From Candidatus Babeliales bacterium (GTDB lineage: Bacteria > Babelota > Babeliae > Babelales > JACPOV01): a stretch of DNA of 64,000 bases. The notes beneath the pieces are model-generated. The model was not told where the DNA came from. It saw only the letters and a list, made by a program, of their open reading frames with translations, and did not search any database. This document shows, piece after piece, positions 8,365 through 18,853 of the stretch (positions within the stretch are counted from its first letter, which is position 1; every line of letters starts with the position of its first letter). A program made the translations under genes and the position numbers. The DNA is taken from the NCBI GenBank assembly GCA_020054235.1, contig JAGVLQ010000026.1, positions 505 to 64,504 of the forward strand. Reading direction: 5' to 3'.

Positions 8365-10812
8365 TTAACGAACTACAAAATTAATCAACCGATCAGGTAC
8401 AAAAATTACCTTGATAATATCTTTGCCCTCGAGCCATTTTTGAGCAAATTCTTTTGCTTGTTGGTGCACCATATGTTCTGAAGTGCCAGGAGCAATTTTG
8501 AATTGCGTTCGCGTTTTACCATTGATTTGTACAACCATATCAATTTCACTACGTTTAGCTAATTCAGGATCAAAGATTGGCCATGTACAATTTTGCAAAG
8601 CCATTCCAAACAGTTGTTGTAGTAATTGTGCTGTCATAAAGGGAATCATAATTGATAGCGCAATAATAAATTCTTGTGCTGTTTTTTGACTCAATTTCAT
8701 GTTCTGATCAGTTAAATCATTCAAATATTCCATAGCTGCTGAAATAGCTGTGTTTGGTTTAAAGTTATCAATTCGTTCTTGATATTCTTTCAAAAAGCGA
8801 TTAAAGCGTTTTGTAACTTCTATAGATTCTTTTTGATTTTTTGGCAAAATGTTGTCTGCATTAGTCAGATAATGCCACAAACGATTTAAAAAGCGTTTGA
8901 TACCTTCAAGACCTGTGTCTTGCCATTCAGCATCAAGTTCCGGTGGCCCCATGAATAGAATATACATGCGCAAAGCATCGGAGCCATAATGGACAATAAT
9001 GTCTTCTGGGTTGACCACGTTCCCTTTTGATTTTGACATTTTTTCAACAAAGCCAGTTTTTTCAGAATATTTGGTGATCATTCCTTGGTTGAACAAATGC
9101 GTAAATGGTTCATCAAAGGGAATATAGCCAAGGTCATATAAAACTTTGACCCAAAAACGTGCATATAACAAATGCAAAATAGCATGTTCAATGCCACCAA
9201 CATACAGATCAACGGGCAACCAATAGTCCATATCTTTTTTTGAAAAAGCAGCCGTTTTTAAATGAGGGTCTGGATAGCGCAAGAAATACCAGCATGAGCC
9301 AGCCCATTGTGGCATGGTGTTTGTTTCTCGTTTTGCAGGACCGCTGCATTGAGGACATTTGGTATTGACCCAATCAGTAATTGCAGCCAAAGGCGACTCA
9401 CCAGTGCCCGTTGGTTGATAGCTTTCAACATCCGGCAACTCAATTGGCAATTGATCTTCAGGTACAGGAACAACACCGCATTTTTGACAATGAACTAAAG
9501 GAATAGGCTCTCCCCAATAGCGTTGGCGAGAAAATACCCAATCCCGGAGTTTATAATTTATGGTGCGCTCAGCTAAACCTTTATCGACTAAAAAGTTGGT
9601 AATTTTGGTCTTTCCTAGGTTTTTGGCATCAAGGCCATCAAACTGTCCGCTGTTGATTAAAATGCCATCACCTTCATAAGCGCGCTTTAGATTTCCTTCA
9701 TCATCAAACTCAATAAGCGGTGATGAAATGACTTGCTGTAAAGGGATATTGTATTGTTGAGCAAAGTCAAAATCACGTTCGCAATGAGACGGAACGCCCA
9801 TAACAATGCCGGTACCATAATCTTTTAAAACATAGCTCGAAAGGTAAATTGGAATACGTTTATTATTGATAGGATTGATTGCATAGGATCCGGTAAAAAC
9901 GCCCGTTTTTTCTTTTTGTAATGTGCGCTCGAAGGGGCTCAAATGTTCTACTTCTTTGCGATATGCATCAACTTCTTGTTTGCGTTCAGGAATAACTATG
10001 TTTTCAGCCAGATGATGATCGGGTGCCATTACTAAAAAAGTGACCCCAAATATAGTATCAGCGCACGTAGTAAAAGCAGGTAAATCGATTGCTTGCCCCC
10101 GATTATTGCAAGCAGTGAAGATTATTCGTGCTCCTTCACTTTTGCCAATCCAATGACGTTGCATCATTTTAACTTTTTCAGGCCATTCAAGCTTTTCGAG
10201 GCCATCTAATAATTTTTCTGCATAGGCGGTAATACGCAACATCCATTGGCGAATATTTTTTTGTACTACTTGCGTGCCGCAGCGCTCGCAATTGCCATTG
10301 ACCACTTCTTCATTGGCAAGACCCGTCAAGCAAGAAGGGCACCAGTTAATCGCAACTTCATCTTGATATGCAAGATTGTTTTTAAACATTTGCAAAAAGA
10401 TCCATTGAGTCCATTTGTAATATTCAGGGTCTGTCGTGTTAACTTCTTTGGACCAATCATAGAGACAACCAGTTTCTACCAATTGTTTCTTAAAGGTGGC
10501 AATATTTTTTGCCGTATTAATTTTTGGGTGAATTCCTTTTTTTATGGCATCATTTTCTGCTGGTAAACCAAAAGCATCCCAGCCCATGGGGTGTAATATG
10601 TTGTAGCCTTGGAGGAGCTTTATGCGTGCATAAATATCAGAAAGGACATAACCACGCCAATGGCCAACATGGAGGCCGGAGCCAGAAGGATAGGGGAACA
10701 TATCAAGGCAATAATATTTTTTGCCAGAACCAGTAGGTTTTGTTTGGGCAACAGGTTTTTCTTGCCATTCTTTTTGCCAATTTTTTTCAATAGACTTGAA
10801 ATCATAACTCAT
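8365..10812 (-). CDS. leuS: Leucine--tRNA ligase
   Basis: MFPYPSGSGLHVGH (HIGH), GWDAFGLPAEN, DWVFSRQRYWGEPIP, KMSKSKGN. Start placed at MSYDFK. Confidence 0.97.
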   Translation of the reverse strand: MSYDFKSIEKNWQKEWQEKPVAQTKPTGSGKKYYCLDMFPYPSGSGLHVGHWRGYVLSDIYARIKLLQGYNILHPMGWDAFGLPAENDAIKKGIHPKINTAKNIATFKKQLVETGCLYDWSKEVNTTDPEYYKWTQWIFLQMFKNNLAYQDEVAINWCPSCLTGLANEEVVNGNCERCGTQVVQKNIRQWMLRITAYAEKLLDGLEKLEWPEKVKMMQRHWIGKSEGARIIFTACNNRGQAIDLPAFTTCADTIFGVTFLVMAPDHHLAENIVIPERKQEVDAYRKEVEHLSPFERTLQKEKTGVFTGSYAINPINNKRIPIYLSSYVLKDYGTGIVMGVPSHCERDFDFAQQYNIPLQQVISSPLIEFDDEGNLKRAYEGDGILINSGQFDGLDAKNLGKTKITNFLVDKGLAERTINYKLRDWVFSRQRYWGEPIPLVHCQKCGVVPVPEDQLPIELPDVESYQPTGTGESPLAAITDWVNTKCPQCSGPAKRETNTMPQWAGSCWYFLRYPDPHLKTAAFSKKDMDYWLPVDLYVGGIEHAILHLLYARFWVKVLYDLGYIPFDEPFTHLFNQGMITKYSEKTGFVEKMSKSKGNVVNPEDIIVHYGSDALRMYILFMGPPELDAEWQDTGLEGIKRFLNRLWHYLTNADNILPKNQKESIEVTKRFNRFLKEYQERIDNFKPNTAISAAMEYLNDLTDQNMKLSQKTAQEFIIALSIMIPFMTAQLLQQLFGMALQNCTWPIFDPELAKRSEIDMVVQINGKTRTQFKIAPGTSEHMVHQQAKEFAQKWLEGKDIIKVIFVPDRLINFVVR

Positions 10813-10907
10813 AAAAAAGACCCTTTGTGCTATGCTTTTGGTTGGCAATCAGTGTAGCACAAAAAGGTTATTTTTACGAAGTGTATCATGCATGTTTAAA
10901 AGTAATT

Positions 10908-11303
10908 TTATTTGAATAAATTATCGTAAATAATGCGATAGAAGTAATTACCAAAAAAGTAATGCATAATGAACGAGCCTAAGATTAGTGGTAAAAAAAC
11001 TTCAGGTTTTAAAAAAGGATGATCGTGATCTATCCAAGGGTTGGAGTTATTTTTTTTTGCCTTAGAATCCTGGTTGTTTTCAGGAGCTTGGAGTTGTAGA
11101 TGATTTTTTTCATCAGATTCTGTTTTTGGTTTTTCTATTAATGTGCTCATAATATAGAAGGTTACCAAGGCGCCCATAAAACCAGCGGTATTACGCCAGG
11201 TGAATATATCGTTGAGGTTTTCTTGAGCAGGAATATTCATAAAAATGGTAAATGTAAGAAAAGCTGAAAAAAAACGAACGTTTCTCATTGAAATAATCTC
11301 CAC
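10908..11303 (-). CDS. Hypothetical membrane protein
   Basis: 131-aa ORF with a signal-like N-terminus and two hydrophobic segments. Confidence 0.55.
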   Translation of the reverse strand: MEIISMRNVRFFSAFLTFTIFMNIPAQENLNDIFTWRNTAGFMGALVTFYIMSTLIEKPKTESDEKNHLQLQAPENNQDSKAKKNNSNPWIDHDHPFLKPEVFLPLILGSFIMHYFFGNYFYRIIYDNLFK

Positions 11304-11467
11304 AGAATTCCAAATTAATAATTTTCTATTAGAAACATTATAAAATTATTTTATAATTACTATTCATGATACACAATTTTTTTGATTTTGAAAAATGGGG
11401 TTGCGAAAGCCAATCATTTTATGCAGACTAACAAAGAAAGAAAATTTTAGAATAATAAAGGATTGAT

Positions 11468-12088
11468 ATGACGATGGCACAAGTACAAAATTCTCCGGTA
11501 ACAGCACCACAAGATGAAGAGATTTTGGTAGTCAAACGCGATGAACTCTTTAAAACAATGCCAGCATGGGCTGGGTTAAAAAAAGTTAACTTTGCTCAGT
11601 ATTTAAACTTGATTCAAGAGAAAAAAGAATTTTTACCACGTTCTTTGATGGAACAAGATCCAAATTATAAACAGATTATTCCTTATTTAGTTTTTAGTTA
11701 TAATGATCGTTATTTTTTAATGCAACGTACCGCACAAGCAACCGAGCAACGTTTGCAGAATAAATATTCATTAGGTATAGGTGGCCATATTAGAAAAGAA
11801 GATATGCAAACCGATTCTCTTTTTGATTGGGCACGGCGCGAGTTTCATGAAGAAGTAAACTATACTGATTCTTTTGAAATTGAGCCATTGGGCATGCTCA
11901 ATGATGATTCAAATGCGGTAGGGCAAGTGCATATCGGTTTTGTTTTTTTGCTTAAAGGAAGTTCATCAAATATTTCTGTTAAATCTGAACTTAAAAGTGG
12001 TCAATTAGTGGATATGCAAGAAATGCAGTACTATGTTGCTAAGATGGAATCTTGGAGCCAAATGGTATATGAGTTTTTGAAAAAATAA
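11468..12088 (+). CDS. NUDIX-family phosphoesterase (YmaB/COG4112-like)
   Basis: EQDPNYKQIIPY, RL..KYSLGIGGHI, ARREFHEEV (Nudix box), VGQVHIG. Confidence 0.85.
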   Translation: MTMAQVQNSPVTAPQDEEILVVKRDELFKTMPAWAGLKKVNFAQYLNLIQEKKEFLPRSLMEQDPNYKQIIPYLVFSYNDRYFLMQRTAQATEQRLQNKYSLGIGGHIRKEDMQTDSLFDWARREFHEEVNYTDSFEIEPLGMLNDDSNAVGQVHIGFVFLLKGSSSNISVKSELKSGQLVDMQEMQYYVAKMESWSQMVYEFLKK

Positions 12089-12143
12089 AAGGCAAGCTAA
12101 CCTTTTTTGATTTTTTCAAAAATCTAGCTTTAGAGTATGTTCC

Positions 12144-12893
12144 TTGGGTAAACTTAGCAAAAAGGTCAAAACTATGTATTTTTGGAATACTCAAGGTCTT
12201 GCTCATTATGTATCAGGTAGCAACCTGCGCATTTCTGATTTTATTGTCTATGTAACGCTTCTTTTTTTTATTCTTGCAACTGGCTTTGGTGTACCAACGT
12301 TATTGCCGAAGCTCTATTATTTGGTTTTTTCTTGTGCAAAAAATTATTTAGAAATACAAGTAAAACCTGCACCATTGGAAGTTGTAGTCTATACTAACAT
12401 GGATGATTTTTTTTTATTAATTAATCTTGTAATTGTCACTGCAGGTCTCTTTTTTTGTTTTTTGATCCATAAAGGAACATTTCGTGAATTTATTGGTCGC
12501 TCTGTAGCATTGTCTTGGCCAATTATGTTTCGTTTAATAGTAATAACTAGTATTCTTTTTGCAATTATTGTTGGTTTGATTGGTTTATATTTTTTATATA
12601 AATTGCTTTTGATTTCAAAAATGGAAGCACCAAAAGGTCCGGTTTTACTTCGACCTTTGAAATATATTTTAAAAGCAACAGGGACCTATTCAACTGCAAA
12701 ATTATTGTGGATTCAGGCGCATGCTTTACCAAAGGCGCAAATAATTTTTGATAAAATTAATAATGTTAGTTTTTATACTTATTGGGTTTGCCAGCTTGGA
12801 AGTGTATTTTCGACAATGTGGTGGATGTTGACCTTACAAGAAAATATTCGGTTAATTAACAAGAACAATAATCTAAAGAAAAATTTTCAATAA
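12144..12893 (+). CDS. Hypothetical multi-pass membrane protein
   Basis: About four hydrophobic helices. The start may be the later ATG (MYFWN). Confidence 0.6.
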   Translation: MGKLSKKVKTMYFWNTQGLAHYVSGSNLRISDFIVYVTLLFFILATGFGVPTLLPKLYYLVFSCAKNYLEIQVKPAPLEVVVYTNMDDFFLLINLVIVTAGLFFCFLIHKGTFREFIGRSVALSWPIMFRLIVITSILFAIIVGLIGLYFLYKLLLISKMEAPKGPVLLRPLKYILKATGTYSTAKLLWIQAHALPKAQIIFDKINNVSFYTYWVCQLGSVFSTMWWMLTLQENIRLINKNNNLKKNFQ

Positions 12894-12941
12894 TTTGTTG
12901 AGCATGGTTTAAAGGTAATTTAAATTTCATGAAATTTTCCC

Positions 12942-14315
12942 TTATTTTCCAACACAAAATTCTCTAAATACAGCATCCATTCCTTTTTCTGAAATTGTTT
13001 TTCCGGTAAATTCGGTAAGGCTTTCAAGGGTTTCTTTTATATGGAATGATAACAATACATATTCGATTTCAGCATTGAGCATAGCCATAATTTCTTGTAA
13101 ATTTTTTTCTAAGCCAAGCAAAAGCTTGTAATGTCGCTGATTGAGTAGAAATGGGCTTTCGAGAGTATTTAAAAGTTCAGAAATTTTGTGAAAAATTTCT
13201 TTTTCAAGAATGGTAATGCTTTCTTTTTTTATGCTCGAGCAAAGAACAGCATGATCGATAAAATTAACTGGTTGTGTAGGTAAATCAGATTTATTGGCAA
13301 TTACTAGTGTTTTATTTTTAAAGAGCTCGTAGAAATTTTTGTAAATGCTGTGTTCTTCAGAAGTCATTGGTCGCGATTGATCGTAAATCAGTAAAATTAT
13401 ATCTGCTTTTTGTGCTTCTTGGTGCGAACGAGCAATTCCTTCTTTTTCAATAAGATCATCCGTGTGGCGTAACCCTGCCGTATCAATCAGAGTAACATAG
13501 GTTCCTTGAGCATAAAATCCTGCTTCAATGACATCACGTGTAGTGCCAGGAATGTCTGTAACAATCGCACGCTGTTGGTTGAGTAATGCATTAAATAATG
13601 ATGATTTTCCTGCGTTGACAGAACCAATAAAAGCGATGCGCACACCTTGGCGAATTTGTTCTTGCTGATCAAAAGTTTTTTTAAGCGTGGCGATTTGTAT
13701 AAGATTTTTTTGTAATTCGTTTTTTATGGTATTACCAAACTCCATATGCTCTTCATCAATAAATTCAAAGCTTGCTTCTGAAAAAGCCAGACATTTGACT
13801 AAGGATTTTTCGATGTTTGCTAACCAATGAGAAAAACTTCCTTCTAGTTGTTCTAAGGATTGGCGTAATGCCACTTGATTTGAAGCATGAATGAGTTCAT
13901 TAATTGCTTCTGCTTGTAGTAAATCGATTTTATTATTTAAAAATGCACGTTGCGCAAACTCACCAGCTTGGGCATGACGAGCACCATGAGCTATTGTTAA
14001 TTCTATAATTTTTTCAATAATAAAAGGATTATTATGGCAGGTAATTTCAACCGTATCATCGCCAGTAAAAGAATGCGGTCCACGCATTAATAAAAACATG
14101 ACATGATCAACGGTTCTTTCATTATGGTCAATAACGCTGCCATAGTGAATAGTATGCGTTGGCAATTGATTAATTTGTTTATTGTTAGGTAATTTGCTTA
14201 TAAAACAAGCGATATTGAATGCATTTTCACCCGAAATGCGAATCAATGCAAGAGCACCGCTGCCCTGTGGTGTGCAGCGTGCAACTATAGTTTGTTTTTT
14301 TGAATCTCTGATCAT
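12942..14315 (-). CDS. mnmE: tRNA modification GTPase MnmE/TrmE
   Basis: TIVARCTPQGSGALALIRISG, GSVNAGKSSLFN, DIPGTTRD, DTAGLR, NKSD, C-terminal FCVGK. Confidence 0.97.
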   Translation of the reverse strand: MIRDSKKQTIVARCTPQGSGALALIRISGENAFNIACFISKLPNNKQINQLPTHTIHYGSVIDHNERTVDHVMFLLMRGPHSFTGDDTVEITCHNNPFIIEKIIELTIAHGARHAQAGEFAQRAFLNNKIDLLQAEAINELIHASNQVALRQSLEQLEGSFSHWLANIEKSLVKCLAFSEASFEFIDEEHMEFGNTIKNELQKNLIQIATLKKTFDQQEQIRQGVRIAFIGSVNAGKSSLFNALLNQQRAIVTDIPGTTRDVIEAGFYAQGTYVTLIDTAGLRHTDDLIEKEGIARSHQEAQKADIILLIYDQSRPMTSEEHSIYKNFYELFKNKTLVIANKSDLPTQPVNFIDHAVLCSSIKKESITILEKEIFHKISELLNTLESPFLLNQRHYKLLLGLEKNLQEIMAMLNAEIEYVLLSFHIKETLESLTEFTGKTISEKGMDAVFREFCVGK

Positions 14316-14318
14316 AGA

Positions 14319-14912
14319 TTATCGCGTGAGAACTACTTTGAAGCCGCGCAAAGGTCGTTTAAATTTGCGTTTTAATGCTTGCAACATTAAAAAAGAAAAA
14401 CTTCTAAATAAGTCACGTTCCTTTTCTTCTGATACAGCAAGAGGCTGTGTGAAAACAAAGCGAAGATAATAATTATTTACATCGGTGGTAAACGTTATAC
14501 TGGATTTTTCCATGGATTTTAGGGCTTCTTTAACCCATGTATTTGCTTCATGAATCATGTCATCGGTCCACATAATACGCTTTTGTACTTTTTGGGTATC
14601 GTGCAAAGGAGCATTTAAGGACGTTTTTGTTTCGAACTCTGGTTTTTTGTGAGGCGTTACAGGAATATGCTTTTTTTCTCCAGAAGGAGCTTTTCGCTTT
14701 ATTGCTTCACGACGTGGACGATCACCAGTTTTTAGTATTGACTCATCTTTGAAAAAGATCCCAATTTTTGCAGGTTTTGTGGTCATGCCAATAAAATTTT
14801 TTTCGGGATGCTCAAAGATTTTTACGGTAAATTCGTGTGGTTTCCCAGCGTTTAACCAAGCCTTTTCTACTGCTTTAACAATTGATGAAGCTTCTTGGAT
14901 TATTGATTTCAT
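14319..14912 (-). CDS. Jag/EloR(KhpB)-like protein with a Jag N-terminal domain; no R3H domain evident
   Basis: N-terminus MKSIIQEASSIVKAVEKA...KNFIGMTTKPAKI fits Jag_N, and the gene sits directly upstream of mnmE as jag usually does. Confidence 0.65.
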   Translation of the reverse strand: MKSIIQEASSIVKAVEKAWLNAGKPHEFTVKIFEHPEKNFIGMTTKPAKIGIFFKDESILKTGDRPRREAIKRKAPSGEKKHIPVTPHKKPEFETKTSLNAPLHDTQKVQKRIMWTDDMIHEANTWVKEALKSMEKSSITFTTDVNNYYLRFVFTQPLAVSEEKERDLFRSFSFLMLQALKRKFKRPLRGFKVVLTR

Positions 14913-15224
14913 GAAAATGAACCTTTGTGGATAAAATTTGACAATTTTTAACTATAATTTCTTAATTTTTTTATGGTGTGCCTGTGTTTCATTCAGAAGC
15001 GAGTAGTGTGCCAAGTAAGGTAGGGCTTGGAACTGTTCTAACCATTCTAGCATCAATCGCTGTGCTTAACAATGGCAATTGGAGGTTTTTTAGGTGTTTT
15101 TTGCGAGAAGTGGTTGGGGATAAAAACTGGCGTGTCATTAGTGTCTCGTAATATTTGCTTACCTTGGTGGGCAGCCTACTTCAATTTTTCTCTTAGTAGA
15201 GATTCCGAGTAAAGACCGGCTATT

Positions 15225-15308
15225 CCAGCCATTGCCTCTAGCGTAGGCGGACCGTCTTCACGATGTTTCGCCGTGTCATCGCGCCATAGCTCTTTGAGCG
15301 ACGGCGTA
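15225..15308. repeat. REP-like GC-rich palindromic units directly 3' of tRNA-Gly
   Basis: On the minus strand: CGCCGTCGCTCAAAGAGCTATGGCG and CCGCCTACGCTAGAGGCAATGGCTGG. Related to the unit at 28682-28712. Confidence 0.55.
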
Positions 15309-15384
15309 TGGAGCGGGAAACGGGACTCGAACCCGCAACCTTTGCCATGGCAAGGCAACGCTCTACCAATTGAGCTATTCCCGC
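15309..15384 (-). tRNA. tRNA-Gly(GCC)
   Basis: The reverse complement GCGGGAATAGCTCAATTGGTAGAGCGTTGCCTTGCCATGGCAAAGGTTGCGGGTTCGAGTCCCGTTTCCCGCTCCA forms a cloverleaf with anticodon GCC and an encoded CCA. Confidence 0.96.
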
Positions 15385-15447
15385 ATAAGGGTAAGAAAAA
15401 TGTAGCATAAAAAGCGTGTTTGTCAATAAGGAATTTATAACTAAATT

Positions 15448-16053
15448 TTATCCTATTTTATTAAGTTCCTCAGTGTGCTTTTTTTGTAATTCTAAATATT
15501 CAGCGTCTTTTTGATCTTGCCATTGCTTTACTCGATTGCGCACCGGTTCGTTTAGTTGTTCTAAATGCTGAATGATTAAAAAAGTTTCATCTATAATTGT
15601 ATCGGAGGATTTTTTTTCTTTTTCTCCAATATTTTTTATCTGATATGAGACATGCCAATACTTTGAATCATTTATGAAAAATTGCCAATCATTATCAGGA
15701 TTTGAGCAATAGGTGCATAATACTTCTTCTTTTAAGGTTTTTTCATCAAGTTTGCTAAAGTCATTATTCCAGTGTTGTGCGCAATAGAGATAAATTTTTA
15801 ACTTTTCACAGTGATAAGCATTTTCATTTTCGCTACAAAATTTTCTTACAAATGAATGCTGAGGTAATTGTTCAAAAGGATTTTTTGCAGCATATGAATT
15901 TTCAGATTCTTTTTCTGCGCAACAGCACATTTCGCAGACGCATTCAGTATTCTGTGCAACTTCTTGCTCAATGGCAATTTGAGGCTCTTGTATTGTTTCT
16001 TCAGCATGCAAGGTGCTGATGCTTAAACATAAAACCAAAAAATATTTTTTCAT
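15448..16053 (-). CDS. Hypothetical exported Cys-rich protein
   Basis: MKKYFLVLCLSISTLHA signal peptide, CVCEMCCC stretch, AAGGA RBS. Confidence 0.65.
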   Translation of the reverse strand: MKKYFLVLCLSISTLHAEETIQEPQIAIEQEVAQNTECVCEMCCCAEKESENSYAAKNPFEQLPQHSFVRKFCSENENAYHCEKLKIYLYCAQHWNNDFSKLDEKTLKEEVLCTYCSNPDNDWQFFINDSKYWHVSYQIKNIGEKEKKSSDTIIDETFLIIQHLEQLNEPVRNRVKQWQDQKDAEYLELQKKHTEELNKIG

Positions 16054-16238
16054 GATGTTTCCTTATAAAAATGATTAAATAAACGTGCATTAGAATACAT
16101 GAATTATTTTTTTTTAAAAGAAAGAAAAATTAATGTAACGATAAAATTCGAGAAATTTTAGCCCATTGTAAAAGAGAGCTTTTTTTGCCATCATTAGAAA
16201 GTAATGCACTTCTTTAAAAACCTTTAAAAAGGCTTATC

Positions 16239-16832
16239 GTGATTGGATTTATAAAGGGGAACATAAAACACATACAGGATGATGTGCTGTTGCTCATGAC
16301 AGAATCAATCGGTTATGAAGTTTTTGTTCCCAATGCTTTATCGTATAAAATAAATAGTTCCATTGAACTTTTTATTCACGCTCATTGGAATCAAGAGCAA
16401 GGACCAAGTTTATATGGTTTTGCGCAGCGTGAAGATAAAAAAGTTTTTCAACTTGCGCTTAAATGCCCAGGCATAGGGCCGCGGATTGCGCTTGGAATTA
16501 TAGAAAGTCTTGGTGCCAGTTCATTTATTCAAGCAATTGCAGCGGAAGATATTGTTGCCTTAAGTTCAATTTCAGGTATCGGCAAAAAAAAGGCTGAGCA
16601 ATTGATTGTCCAGTTAAAGCATCAGGTTGCAAAGCTCATTGAAAAAGGAATGACCTTCCAAGCTTCAAATCTTATAGAGTTGCAAAAAGTCTCTGAAGTA
16701 TTATCCTCTCTTAATTACTCAAGAACTGAAATTAATAGTGCGCTTGATCGCTTAAAAAAAGAAGAATTAGAAAATATATCATTTGATGTCTTATTGCGCA
16801 AAGCATTATCTTATTTATCAAAACGAGCATAA
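16239..16832 (+). CDS. ruvA: Holliday junction branch-migration protein RuvA
   Basis: MIGFIKG, GYEV, LYGF, two HhH motifs (PGIGPRIA, SGIGKKKAEQ), C-terminal LSSLNY domain. Confidence 0.93.
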   Translation: MIGFIKGNIKHIQDDVLLLMTESIGYEVFVPNALSYKINSSIELFIHAHWNQEQGPSLYGFAQREDKKVFQLALKCPGIGPRIALGIIESLGASSFIQAIAAEDIVALSSISGIGKKKAEQLIVQLKHQVAKLIEKGMTFQASNLIELQKVSEVLSSLNYSRTEINSALDRLKKEELENISFDVLLRKALSYLSKRA

Positions 16833-16839
16833 AAAAATT

Positions 16840-18147
16840 ATGGATTTACTAACATTTTTTACTATTTTAAATTATCGTTTGGCTATTCCCACGTCTTTTA
16901 TTTTATTTGGTACTGCTATCTACTTGACGTATGCTTTAAAGCTTATTCAGTTTCGTTCATTTTCTCGATTTCTTTCCTTGTTGATTGATGGCGTGAAAAC
17001 CCAAAAAAAATCTAATGTTAAAAATGCCATTTCGCCTATTGCAGCTATGTTTACAGCGATGTCAACATCGCTGGGCATTGGTACTATAATTGGGCCTTCC
17101 GTTGCCATTATTATGGGCGGCCCTGGCGCGCTTTTTTGGCTTATTTTTTATTGTGTTTTTGCTTCAGTCATTAAATTTGCAGAAGTTACTTTTGCGGTAC
17201 ATTTTCGTGATCGTACCAAAGAAGGGTTAATTCTTGGCGGTCCGATGGAATATTTAACGAAAGCGCAACCATGGTTAGGACAATGGTATGCCTATGCAAC
17301 CATTATTCTTTTTGCGGGATGGACGAGTGTACAAGCAAACGTGATTGCCGAAACTTTAGCCCAAGAGTATGTTCCTGAATGGTTAACAGGCATGCTTATT
17401 GCTGTTCTTGTTTTTATTATGCTCAATGGTGGCGCAAAGCGCGTCGGGGCCTTTAGTAGTAAAATTGTTCCTGTTATGTCAGTCCTTTATTTGATTGCAT
17501 GTTTAAGCATATTGTACCTTAATCGTTTTGGATTAAACGATGCTTTTGGATTGATATTCAATAATATTTTATCATCAACACCTGCCGTCGGTGGTTTTTT
17601 AGGGGCATCAATTTTTTCTGCTTTTAGATCAGGCATTTACAAGGGCGCATATATAACTGAATCCGGAGTTGGCACTGCGGCAATTCCCCATTCTATGGCT
17701 GACGTTGCACGTCCCAGTGATCAAGGAGTATTGGCAATGATTTCAGTGTTTGCTGATACATTTTTGTGTTTATTATCAGGTTTGTTAGTTTTAACGACAA
17801 ATGTATGGAAAATAAATTATCTTTCTAACATTTTGATGTATAAAATATTTGGGCAAACGATGCCTCTATTCGGTCGACCAATTTTGATCTTGACCATTAC
17901 GCTTTTTGCCCTTAGTACTATTATTGGCAATAGTTTTAATGGTCGTCAAAGTTTTGCATCAATTACGCAGTATAAATATTTGATGGTTTATTATATTTTT
18001 ATTTGCTTAGCAATATTTTTTGGTGCCGTGAGCAATGTGCCCTTGGTTTGGGCAATTATTGAAGTCCTACTTCCTTTTGTGGTGATTCCTAATGCGTTGA
18101 GCATTATTTATCTTGCAAAAAAATATCGGCATATTTTGCTGCAATAA
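16840..18147 (+). CDS. Alanine/glycine:cation symporter (AGCS family)
   Basis: GGPGALFW, GGPMEY, ESGVGTAAIPH, P..QG, many transmembrane helices. Start placed at ATG 16840. Confidence 0.9.
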   Translation: MDLLTFFTILNYRLAIPTSFILFGTAIYLTYALKLIQFRSFSRFLSLLIDGVKTQKKSNVKNAISPIAAMFTAMSTSLGIGTIIGPSVAIIMGGPGALFWLIFYCVFASVIKFAEVTFAVHFRDRTKEGLILGGPMEYLTKAQPWLGQWYAYATIILFAGWTSVQANVIAETLAQEYVPEWLTGMLIAVLVFIMLNGGAKRVGAFSSKIVPVMSVLYLIACLSILYLNRFGLNDAFGLIFNNILSSTPAVGGFLGASIFSAFRSGIYKGAYITESGVGTAAIPHSMADVARPSDQGVLAMISVFADTFLCLLSGLLVLTTNVWKINYLSNILMYKIFGQTMPLFGRPILILTITLFALSTIIGNSFNGRQSFASITQYKYLMVYYIFICLAIFFGAVSNVPLVWAIIEVLLPFVVIPNALSIIYLAKKYRHILLQ

Positions 18148-18771
18148 TTATGTTGTTAGTTTTTGGCTTAAAAATACGAGAATGCCGATTATGCTTCCGC
18201 TGCAAAAAGCGGTAATGACATGTGAAAAATAAGTATTGGTTGATAATTCCAAAAAGTTGTTTTTTGGGTTAACAGGTATAACAATATTTTGTTCGTTTTT
18301 TTTTTCTTTTTTTTGTTGTAAAAAAAGTCCTTTATAATGTTTATTAATTTTTTCTTTAAAAGTTGGCAGCAAAGGTTTGTATGCTGGTTCCCTATTATCA
18401 TCAGTCGTTAAAAGATTAAAAAGAGCTGTTTCAACTGCTTTTTGAAATTGTTCAAAAGGTTCAAAAAATTCATTTTTTTCTAGTGCCTGTAAGCCATTTT
18501 GGATTGTTTCTTGTTGTTTCAGCTTGATAAGTTCATCAAATTTTGATGAAATCCCTACAAAATTTTGGGCAACTACGGAAAGCTTAACCTTTTTTTTTGA
18601 GCTGCTAAGCTCCGGTAATTGTAATTGCTTAAAAGTTTCTTGATCTTTAGGTGAAAGATATTGATTGAGAGTATAAAGTTCTTTTTTAGGCTTAATTAAT
18701 TCTTGTGAAGAATAGTCAGGTGTTTCGCTATCTGCAGTAAACATAGATAAGAAAAAAAGAATTTTTTCCAT
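18148..18771 (-). CDS. Hypothetical protein with a C-terminal transmembrane helix
   Basis: AAGGAG RBS, a charged helical body and a hydrophobic tail (VITAFCSGSIIGILVFL). Confidence 0.6.
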   Translation of the reverse strand: MEKILFFLSMFTADSETPDYSSQELIKPKKELYTLNQYLSPKDQETFKQLQLPELSSSKKKVKLSVVAQNFVGISSKFDELIKLKQQETIQNGLQALEKNEFFEPFEQFQKAVETALFNLLTTDDNREPAYKPLLPTFKEKINKHYKGLFLQQKKEKKNEQNIVIPVNPKNNFLELSTNTYFSHVITAFCSGSIIGILVFLSQKLTT

Positions 18772-18853
18772 GTTACTCCTTTATAAGAGGAGAATCTATT
18801 TTCACTGTAATTGTTTCGGCTGATCATTGTCAATGCTAAAAGAAAAAATTAAA

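Noticed and set aside
14940-15220. Possible ncRNA between the jag-like gene and tRNA-Gly
   Set aside because: I could not identify any RNase P, tmRNA, SRP or 6S hallmark, or a convincing stem pattern.
15176-15426. ORFs 15176-15358 and 15238-15426
   Set aside because: They are translations of tRNA-Gly and the adjacent palindromic repeats, not proteins.
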